Origin: a virus
Lineage: Duplodnaviria > Caudoviricetes
Length of the DNA: 28,859 nucleotides
Strand: one strand, 5' to 3'
IMG/VR virus record: IMGVR_UViG_3300011339_000040
Location: 1 to 28,859 of that record
In this document: positions 1-7,107 of the stretch, piece by piece
Layout of the letters: each line of letters opens with the position of its first letter
Position numbering within the stretch: the stretch's first letter is position 1
Notes under the pieces: generated by a model
The model's input: only the letters and a program-made list of their open reading frames with translations
Databases searched by the model: none
What the model was told of the DNA's origin: nothing
Program-made: the position numbers and the translations under genes

Positions 1-240
1 CCCCATAGTCAAAAAGACGACTTTATGTTTTGTACCGACTGCGCTACTTCTATGACTATGTCGATAGCGCAAGATATTTCTAAACTCAACCCAGACCTTG
101 GCCTGTCTTACTATTTTAAATTTAAAGCGCAGGGGGCTAGCGCAACCAACTTACGCCGCCATGCAAATGCACTTAAGGATTTGGCAACGAAGATGGAAAG
201 TCAGGCCAGTGGGCTTGAGTTATTTGGCAATAAAGCATAA
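1..240 (+). CDS. Hypothetical protein, probably 5'-truncated (CxxC motif)
   Basis: Frame is open from base 1 through the ATG at 25 to the TAA at 238-240; contains CTDC; the stop overlaps the AAGGAG RBS of the next gene. Confidence 0.55.
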   Translation, partial: PHSQKDDFMFCTDCATSMTMSIAQDISKLNPDLGLSYYFKFKAQGASATNLRRHANALKDLATKMESQASGLELFGNKA

Positions 241-249
241 GGAGCCACC

Positions 250-525
250 ATGCCATACGTAAATAAACCCCGCCCATACAAAAAAGAGTATGAGCAGTAC
301 GACGGCACACCCGCTGTCAAAAAGAAACGAGCCGCACGAAACAAAGCCCGCGCCATGTTGGAGCGCGAAGGTGTCGTACACAAAGGAGATGGGAAAGATG
401 TGGATCATAAAACTCCTCTATCAAAAGGGGGAAAAACTACCCGTAGCAATCTCAGAGTTAAAACCGCTTCCGACAACCGCAGTTACCCACGCAATGCAGA
501 TCACACCATCAAACGGAACTCTTAA
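250..525 (+). CDS. HNH endonuclease-family protein
   Basis: DVDHKTPLSKGG...NLRV...N is an HNHc signature; strong RBS AAGGAG at 239-244. Confidence 0.85.
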   Translation: MPYVNKPRPYKKEYEQYDGTPAVKKKRAARNKARAMLEREGVVHKGDGKDVDHKTPLSKGGKTTRSNLRVKTASDNRSYPRNADHTIKRNS

Positions 526-634
526 CCCGATCACAATACCGGCTGGGGGGGTTTTGTATACGGGGGACTCACCTGCATTTAGGTTTGGTGATTACGCCCC
601 CTTTGCCTCCGTGCATGGGCACTACTCGCGGGGT

Positions 635-823
635 ATGACCAATGAACAACTCCGTGCCGCATGGTTGATTTTGTTTGGGTCTGAAGGTGTATGGTTCAGC
701 AAGATACGTGGAGTAGACAATCAAGATGATTGGCTTATTGCATATGAAACCTACGATCGAGGGCTTCTCCATGAGCGCAACGATCCCAATATTTATGGCT
801 ATCAATACATTCTGAAGAAATAA
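635..823 (+). CDS. Small hypothetical protein (3' part of ORF 290-823; start uncertain, 635 or 494)
   Basis: Fills the gap between the HNH and helicase genes; its TAA directly abuts the helicase ATG (TAAATG); RBS is weak. Confidence 0.5.
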   Translation: MTNEQLRAAWLILFGSEGVWFSKIRGVDNQDDWLIAYETYDRGLLHERNDPNIYGYQYILKK

Positions 824-2377
824 ATGCACATCATCGACAACAAAATCTTGGTGGTTCGCACCAAGAACCCGAGCCGTATTATTGAAACGATTGAGAAGAG
901 TACCGCGATCAGTCAGGAAGATGATGTAACTGAGGTCGCGGTCAACTGGGGGTTGAAGGAAGCGCAAGCCCTACGCAAACTTGGTATCAAGTCTGCACCA
1001 TCCCCCATCGTGCGCGACTACGAGTGGCCCGGACTGTATAAGCCTATGAGCCATCAGAAGGAAACCGCATCGTTCCTGACCCTGCACCAGCGTGGCTTCT
1101 GCTTTAACGAGCAAGGCACAGGCAAGACGGCGTCAGCGATATGGGCGGCAGACTACCTATTAGAGCAGGGCGTCATCAACCGCATACTGGTCATCTGCCC
1201 CTTGTCCATCATGCAGTCAGCATGGCAAGCCGACCTGTTTAAGTTTGCTGTCCACCGCAGTGTGAACGTAGCTTACGGCGACAGAGCCAAGCGCAAGCAG
1301 ATCATCAACGGCATTGCCGAATTCGTCATCATCAACTTTGATGGCGTTGGGATTGTGAGAGAAGAGATTAAGAACGGCGGCTTTGACCTCATCATCGTGG
1401 ATGAAGCAAACGCCTACAAGAACTCTCGCACCGAGCGGTTCAAGACGCTGAAGTACATCATGTCGCCGACTACATGGCTATGGATGATGACTGGCACACC
1501 TGCGGCACAGTCTCCGCTAGATGCGTATGGGCTGGCAAAAGCTTGTGTCCCTGCAAGAGCGCCGACCCTGTACACCATGTACAGAGAGTCTGTGATGTAT
1601 CAACTTACCCGATTCAAGTGGATACCCAAGCCAAACTCAGAAGCAGTTGTGCATGAGCTACTGCAACCAGCAATACGCTTCACCAAGAAGGAGTGTCTTG
1701 ACCTGCCCGATGTAACTCACACCTCTCGCTTCGCACCATTGAGCGCCCAGCAGTTGAAGTACTACAAGCAACTCAAGAAAGACTTTCTTATTGCGGCAGT
1801 GGGTGAGGAGGTGTCTGCGGTTAATGCGGCGGCTAACCTAAACAAGCTGCTACAGATTGCATGCGGCGCTGTCTACACAGATACAAAGAACGTCATTGAA
1901 TTTGATGTGTCCGCCCGCCTCAATGTATTGCAAGAAGTGATTGAAGAGTCAGCGCAAAAGGTATTGATTTTTATACCCTACACCCACGCCATAAACCTCG
2001 TCAAAGAGTTTATGGACAAGAACAACATCACTGCGGAGATAATAAATGGTAGCGTAACCGTAAACAAACGTACTGATATTTTCAAACGTTTCCAAGAAAA
2101 CACGGAGCCGAAAGTACTGCTAATCCAACCACAAGCGGCGGCGCACGGGGTAACCCTAACTGCGGCTAACGTAGTGATATGGTACGCTCCAGTTACGTCC
2201 AGCGAAACCTACCTGCAAGCTAACGCACGGGTACATCGTCAAGGGCAGAAGAATCCTGTAACAGTAGTGCATATCGAGGGCAGTCCCGTCGAGGCTAAGT
2301 TATATGAGATGCTTCAAAACAAACTGGACTACCACGCAAAAATAATTGATTTGTACAAGAACGAAATTAACTCTTGA
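824..2377 (+). CDS. SNF2-family (SF2) DNA helicase/ATPase
   Basis: Walker A EQGTGKT, motif Ia VICPLS, Walker B IVDEAN, motif III TGTP, motif V HGVTLT, motif VI QANARVHRQGQ. Confidence 0.93.
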   Translation: MHIIDNKILVVRTKNPSRIIETIEKSTAISQEDDVTEVAVNWGLKEAQALRKLGIKSAPSPIVRDYEWPGLYKPMSHQKETASFLTLHQRGFCFNEQGTGKTASAIWAADYLLEQGVINRILVICPLSIMQSAWQADLFKFAVHRSVNVAYGDRAKRKQIINGIAEFVIINFDGVGIVREEIKNGGFDLIIVDEANAYKNSRTERFKTLKYIMSPTTWLWMMTGTPAAQSPLDAYGLAKACVPARAPTLYTMYRESVMYQLTRFKWIPKPNSEAVVHELLQPAIRFTKKECLDLPDVTHTSRFAPLSAQQLKYYKQLKKDFLIAAVGEEVSAVNAAANLNKLLQIACGAVYTDTKNVIEFDVSARLNVLQEVIEESAQKVLIFIPYTHAINLVKEFMDKNNITAEIINGSVTVNKRTDIFKRFQENTEPKVLLIQPQAAAHGVTLTAANVVIWYAPVTSSETYLQANARVHRQGQKNPVTVVHIEGSPVEAKLYEMLQNKLDYHAKIIDLYKNEINS

Positions 2378-2401
2378 CAAAGTCAACAAAGAGGGTATAA
2401 T
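2374..2401 (+). promoter_or_regulatory. Consensus sigma70 promoter
   Basis: TTGACA (2374-2379), 16-nt spacer, TATAAT (2396-2401), lying 40 nt upstream of a gene with RBS AAAGGAGAG. Confidence 0.85.
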
Positions 2402-2440
2402 CAATACCCCGAGGCAATAAAAACATTAAAGGAGAGAGAT

Positions 2441-2830
2441 ATGGATATACCCATAGAGCAGATAGTCGCTACGTACATTAAGTTACGTGACAAGCGTGAC
2501 ATGATGTACCAAGACTTTAAAGATAAAACTGCGCAGATTGAAGAGGACATGCAGACCCTCAAGCACAAGTTAGTAGAAATCTCCAAGGAGACTGGAGTAA
2601 CTAGCTTTTCTTCACCAGCAGGCATTGCCTACCGCACAGTCAAAAACCGTTACTGGACTAATGACTGGGGTAGCTTCTATAACTTTATGCAAGAGCATGG
2701 AGCTATGGGACTGTTGGAGAAGCGCATCCACCAAACTAGTATGAAAGAGTTTTTGGATGAAAACCCCGAAGTGCATCCTCCCGGATTGCATGTAGATAGT
2801 GAATACGAAATAACAGTTCGTCGTAAGTAA
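2441..2830 (+). CDS. Conserved phage replication-module protein (N-terminal coiled coil, Gam-like architecture; function uncertain)
   Basis: 129 aa; RBS GGAGAGAG at 2431-2438; helical N-terminal half followed by a small alpha/beta region ending EITVRRK. Confidence 0.75.
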   Translation: MDIPIEQIVATYIKLRDKRDMMYQDFKDKTAQIEEDMQTLKHKLVEISKETGVTSFSSPAGIAYRTVKNRYWTNDWGSFYNFMQEHGAMGLLEKRIHQTSMKEFLDENPEVHPPGLHVDSEYEITVRRK

Positions 2831-2852
2831 TTTTTCAACCACAGGAGTAGCC

Positions 2853-3719
2853 ATGAGCGAAGTAACTTTGTTCCAACAAGAAATCCCCGCATACCTCAAA
2901 CGTGCAGGTATGGATGACTTAACCAAATCACTGGCTGGTAACACCGGCCTTAAGCGTATCTCTATCCGTGGCGGTGTGTTCCGCATGATGGTCAACGGCG
3001 AAGAGATTACCAAGAACGAAGGTCGCGCAATGAATATCGTGATCGTCAACGGCGGCAGAAAAATTGCCCGTCAGTTCTATGCCGGTAAGTACGTAGCTGG
3101 CGAGTCGTCTGCACCTGACTGCTGGTCTAACGATGGCGATGCACCCGATGCGTCAGTCGAAGAACCTCAAGCCAAGACCTGCGAGGGTTGCCCCCAAAAC
3201 ATCAAGGGCTCAGGCCAAGGGGATTCCCGTGCTTGCACCTTCAAGCAGCGGTTAGCAGTTTTGTTAGCCGACGATATCGACGGCGATGTGTTCCAACTGG
3301 TGTTGCCTTCTAAGTCCATCTTTGGTCGTGGCGATTTAGACAAGATGCCTTTCCAACAGTACGCCAAGTATGTTGGCGCTCAAGGTAAGAGCATCAACAC
3401 TTTGGTGACTGAAGTGCGCCTTGATAGCGATAGCGATACCCCCAAGCTAACATTCAAGCCCGTCAAGTACTTGACCGAGCAAGAGTGGGAGATAGCAAAA
3501 GAGAAAGGTGATACCCCCGCCGCCCGTTCCGCAGTAATGCAGACTGCCGCCGCTACTGATGGCGTAAAAGCCAACAAGCCTGCTATGAAAGCCGTAATGG
3601 TTGAAGTTGAGGTTGAAGACGTGCCCGAGCCTGTAAAACGTGCATCCAAGAAGAACGCCGAGCCTGCCCCTAAGAAGGACTTCAAGGATGTGATTAGTAG
3701 CTGGACTGACGACGAGTGA
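2853..3719 (+). CDS. Putative ssDNA-binding/annealing protein with Cys-rich site
   Basis: RBS CAGGAG; beta-rich core; PDCWS...CEGCP...RAC; low-complexity linker and acidic/aromatic tail SSWTDDE typical of SSBs; replication context. Confidence 0.65.
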   Translation: MSEVTLFQQEIPAYLKRAGMDDLTKSLAGNTGLKRISIRGGVFRMMVNGEEITKNEGRAMNIVIVNGGRKIARQFYAGKYVAGESSAPDCWSNDGDAPDASVEEPQAKTCEGCPQNIKGSGQGDSRACTFKQRLAVLLADDIDGDVFQLVLPSKSIFGRGDLDKMPFQQYAKYVGAQGKSINTLVTEVRLDSDSDTPKLTFKPVKYLTEQEWEIAKEKGDTPAARSAVMQTAAATDGVKANKPAMKAVMVEVEVEDVPEPVKRASKKNAEPAPKKDFKDVISSWTDDE

Positions 3720-3964
3720 CGATGGACAACCGTGGCTACATGTCAAGAATCATCCGAGCTAACTTAGAGGCGAGCACGGATAGCCCCGGCGTCATGCTGG
3801 GTAGGTTCTGCATTGCCAAAGAGATTCCGGTTAAAGACGTTTCTGAGTTCTTCAAAGTAAGCAGGATGACCATCTACAAATGGTTTGTTGGCGAGTGGAT
3901 ACCCCGCAAGCAACATGCTTTGAAGATCCAAGAGACTCTTGAACGGGCTAAGTTCAGTTTGTAA
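3716..3964 (+). CDS. Cro/XRE-like helix-turn-helix protein
   Basis: VKDVSEFFKVSRMTIYKWFVGEWIP fits the HTH pattern; GTGA overlap with the upstream stop (alternative ATG at 3722). Confidence 0.8.
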   Translation: MTMDNRGYMSRIIRANLEASTDSPGVMLGRFCIAKEIPVKDVSEFFKVSRMTIYKWFVGEWIPRKQHALKIQETLERAKFSL

Positions 3965-3971
3965 TCGGGCA

Positions 3972-4020
3972 GGGCATCCTAATACGGGGCATTGTTGTGC
4001 CTCTAGGATGCCCATCTTTT
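3972..4020 (+). terminator. Intergenic hairpin, terminator/attenuator-like
   Basis: GGGCATCCTA (3972-3981) and TAGGATGCCC (4004-4013) form a perfect 10-bp stem, with an inner 6-bp stem, followed by ATCTTTT. Confidence 0.55.
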
Positions 4021-4038
4021 CGCAATGCAGGGGCGGCA

Positions 4039-6846
4039 ATGACAGAATTGTTATCAGCAGTGCTTTCCCCACAGGGGTGGTACTGTGTTGTAGGTCTTAA
4101 AAAGACTGGGTTGCCCAAACAAATATTTGTTCGGGAACTAGAAGAAGTTGAAAAAGAAGTCGCTGACTTGCTGGCTAAAGACTACGATGTGTATTTTGGC
4201 TGTGCAAAGTATGAGACTAACAAGACGCGATCGACTGACAATGTGTTGGCGGTCAAAGCATTTTGGCTGGACATTGACTGCGGGGAAAACAAACCCTACG
4301 CAACTCAAGCAGACGGCGTAGCCGCGCTCCAGTCTTTCTGCAAAACACTCGGCCTCCCAAAGCCGACTATGGTTAACTCCGGTCGTGGGCTACATGTGTA
4401 CTGGCCTTTGACTACTGAGGTAACCAGACAGGACTGGACTCCTGTAGCCAAGCGGCTGAAGGTGCTGTGCCATGAGCATAAGCTGGATGCTGACCCAAGC
4501 CGTACATCAGATGCGGCGTCCATACTGCGTATGCCGGAGACGCTTAACTTCAAGGGCGATCCGCCTTTAGATGTAACGGTCATTTGTCATTCCAAGCCAG
4601 TTGATTTTGATGCGTTCAAAGCATGCCTTGGCGTAATCCACGACGATGCACCTGCGCACATACCCTCTCAGGCTAACGAGCTAACACGTGCTCTGATGGG
4701 TAACAAGCAACACAGGTTCAGTGTTATTGTTGCAAAAAACGCCAAGGGCACTGGTTGTTTGCAGTTGGCAAAATTGATTGGTGAGCAGGATATTGCGGAC
4801 GAGCCAAAGTGGAGGGCAACCTTATCCATACCAGCGTTCTGTGTGGACTCAGCAACCGCTATACATGCAGTATCGGAGAAGCACCCCAGCTACACGGCTG
4901 AAGGGACAGAAGAAAAAGTACAGAAGATCAAGGGGCCGTACACCTGCGCTAAGTTTGAAGAGTTGATACCGGGAGGCTGTGACCACTGCCCCCACAAGGG
5001 CAAGATTACTTCACCCATCGTGCTGGGCGCGGAGATTGTTGAAGCAACCGAGGAAGACAATACTGTCGAATACGTAACCGAAACCGCAAAGCCAGTCGTA
5101 TATAAGATTCCTGAGTACCCGTTTCCATACTTTAGAGGTAAGAACGGCGGGGTCTACGTTAAGGCTAAGGATGAAGATGATGCCGTGCTGGTGTACGAGC
5201 ATGACCTGTATGTAGTTAAACGCCTCAAAGACCCGCAGCGCGGCGAAGTGATATGGATGCGACTCCATACCCCAAGAGACGGCGTAAAAGAGTTTGCTCT
5301 GCCAGCAGTTGACCTGCTGACTGCGGACAGGCTACGGGAGAAATTGGCGTGGTTCGGTGTTATCGGCATGAAGAAACAGATGGATGCCATCATGGGCTAC
5401 ATCGTTAGATCAGTAAAAGAACTTCAATGCAGAGAAGGAGCAGAAATTATGAGGTCACAGTTTGGCTGGACAATCGACAACAAAGCGTTTGTGGTCGGCG
5501 ACACCGAGATCGGAGTCACTAGCGACAGCTACAGCCCGCCCTCTAGCTATACAGAGGAGTTGTCAAATTGGTTTATACCGATGGGGACGCTGGAAGAGTG
5601 GAAGTCCGTAGTCAATGTGTACGACCGCCCCGGCTTTGAGCCTATGGCGTTTGGGTTCTTCACTGCATTTGGCGCACCGCTAATGAAGCACCTGCACCTC
5701 AAAGGTGCAATCATCAACATGATTAACAACGAGTCCGGCACTGGCAAGACTACGGCGATCAAAGCTATGCACAGCGTCTACGGGCATCCTGAGGAAATCA
5801 TGTTAATTCAGCGGGACACCATGAACGTGCGGTTGCACAGGCTGGGGGTTATGAACAACCTTGGCTTGGGGTGCGATGAGATTACCAAGATGCCAGCAGA
5901 GGAGTTCAGCGACTTTGCCTACGCTGTTTCACAAGGCCGAGGCCGTGGACGGATGAAATCAAATGAGAACGCCGAGCGTCTTAACAAAGCCAAGTGGCAG
6001 ACCATATTGTTGTGTAGCTCTAATGCTTCGGTCGTGGATAAGCTTAAGACATTGAAATCTACCCCTGACGGCGAGTTAATGCGGGTTATTGAGTATGAAG
6101 TGCCCGAGGTCAAACTGCTGTCGAAGCAGGAAGCCGACGAGATATTTCCTAAGCTTTACAGCAACTACGGGCATGCAGGGCGTATATACATCCGCGATCT
6201 TGTTGAGAACTTGGAAGAGCGCATTCGTGAGATCAAAGAGCTTCAAGTTATTATTGACAAGAAGATCAGCTTCACCAACCGTGAGCGGTTTTGGTCGGGT
6301 GTAGCGGCGTGCAATATTGCCGGTGCTTTGTTTGCAAGACGCCTTGGGCTGATTGACATTGACGTTGGTCGCATCTTCAAGTGGATGCTTAACGAGTTCT
6401 CGCAGATGCGGCAGGAGATCAAACCCCCCGCAAGTAGCCACTCCAGCATCGTTGGCGAGTTTTGGAATGAGCATCGCCGCAATACATTGGTCATCAACGA
6501 TGAGGTGGATAAACGTACAGGGGTTGAGATGCTGCCGATCGCCGAGCCGTTCGGCGAGCTTATTCTCCGCATGGAGCCGGATACGCAGAAGTTATTTATT
6601 GGGGCTAAGAAGTTCCGCAAGTGGTGTTCGGAGCATCAGATAACGCTCAAAGATATCCTCAACTCCCTGACTGCTCAAGGTGTATATCTTGGTACGGTGA
6701 AGAAGCGTATGGCAAAAGGCACGAAGATTGGCGGCGTCCCAGCCGTTGACGCCCTTGTGTTTGACTGCTCTAAAGGCGACTTCCTTGACCCTGATGTGTA
6801 CATAAACGCCGTGCAAGCCGACGACACCCAAGAAGATGCAAGTTAA
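4039..6846 (+). CDS. Primase-helicase fusion: AEP/RepB-like primase plus DUF927 (Cch-like) helicase
   Basis: AEP motifs WLDID, NSGRGLHVYW, ILRMPETLN; P-loop ESGTGKTT; Walker B LGCDE. ATG 4039 is preferred over GTG 3997, which lies inside the hairpin. Confidence 0.9.
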   Translation: MTELLSAVLSPQGWYCVVGLKKTGLPKQIFVRELEEVEKEVADLLAKDYDVYFGCAKYETNKTRSTDNVLAVKAFWLDIDCGENKPYATQADGVAALQSFCKTLGLPKPTMVNSGRGLHVYWPLTTEVTRQDWTPVAKRLKVLCHEHKLDADPSRTSDAASILRMPETLNFKGDPPLDVTVICHSKPVDFDAFKACLGVIHDDAPAHIPSQANELTRALMGNKQHRFSVIVAKNAKGTGCLQLAKLIGEQDIADEPKWRATLSIPAFCVDSATAIHAVSEKHPSYTAEGTEEKVQKIKGPYTCAKFEELIPGGCDHCPHKGKITSPIVLGAEIVEATEEDNTVEYVTETAKPVVYKIPEYPFPYFRGKNGGVYVKAKDEDDAVLVYEHDLYVVKRLKDPQRGEVIWMRLHTPRDGVKEFALPAVDLLTADRLREKLAWFGVIGMKKQMDAIMGYIVRSVKELQCREGAEIMRSQFGWTIDNKAFVVGDTEIGVTSDSYSPPSSYTEELSNWFIPMGTLEEWKSVVNVYDRPGFEPMAFGFFTAFGAPLMKHLHLKGAIINMINNESGTGKTTAIKAMHSVYGHPEEIMLIQRDTMNVRLHRLGVMNNLGLGCDEITKMPAEEFSDFAYAVSQGRGRGRMKSNENAERLNKAKWQTILLCSSNASVVDKLKTLKSTPDGELMRVIEYEVPEVKLLSKQEADEIFPKLYSNYGHAGRIYIRDLVENLEERIREIKELQVIIDKKISFTNRERFWSGVAACNIAGALFARRLGLIDIDVGRIFKWMLNEFSQMRQEIKPPASSHSSIVGEFWNEHRRNTLVINDEVDKRTGVEMLPIAEPFGELILRMEPDTQKLFIGAKKFRKWCSEHQITLKDILNSLTAQGVYLGTVKKRMAKGTKIGGVPAVDALVFDCSKGDFLDPDVYINAVQADDTQEDAS

Positions 6847-7033
6847 TGGAGTCCCTTACAACATAGCATGGCGCAAATTCCACATAGGTTGGTCATTCTT
6901 TGTCCCATGTCTTCGTATTGAAGAAGGGAAAAAGGACATACGTGTTGTGGCAAAACGTCTAGGATTCAAGATTGCCATAAAGCCCGTAATAGAAAACGGG
7001 GTTAAGGGCTTGCGGGTCTGGCGAATTAAGTAG
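6836..7033 (+). CDS. Small basic hypothetical protein
   Basis: 65 aa; overlaps the primase stop by 11 nt; protein-like sequence (SFFVPC...GLRVWR); last gene before the terminator. Confidence 0.75.
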   Translation: MQVNGVPYNIAWRKFHIGWSFFVPCLRIEEGKKDIRVVAKRLGFKIAIKPVIENGVKGLRVWRIK

Positions 7034-7039
7034 TATGAT
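7010..7039 (+). promoter_or_regulatory. Possible sigma70 promoter for a short non-coding transcript
   Basis: TTGCGG (7010-7015), 18-nt spacer, TATGAT (7034-7039); no + strand ORF downstream before the terminator. Confidence 0.4.
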
Positions 7040-7045
7040 TGGCAA

Positions 7046-7107
7046 CAGGTTGGTTGCCTCTCTCCGAAAAACCTCCCCTTCCCCCCGCCTACGTGCGGGG
7101 GTTTTTT
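7046..7107 (+). ncRNA. Candidate small RNA with anti-SD segments
   Basis: Lies between the putative promoter and the intrinsic terminator; carries CTCTCTCC and ACCTCC. Inference only. Confidence 0.3.
7082..7107 (+). terminator. Rho-independent terminator at the convergence of the two blocks
   Basis: CCCCCGC-ctacgt-GCGGGGG followed by TTTTTT; AAAAACC at 7067-7073 could supply a T-tract for the minus strand. Confidence 0.88.

Noticed and set aside
290-634. Full 177-aa ORF overlapping the HNH gene
   Set aside because: The 5' part is an alternative frame of the well-supported HNH gene and has no clear RBS; only the 3' part is retained as a CDS.
3997-4038. GTG 3997 as the primase start
   Set aside because: It lies inside a stable hairpin; ATG 4039 has a purine-rich upstream sequence and gives a more plausible N-terminus.
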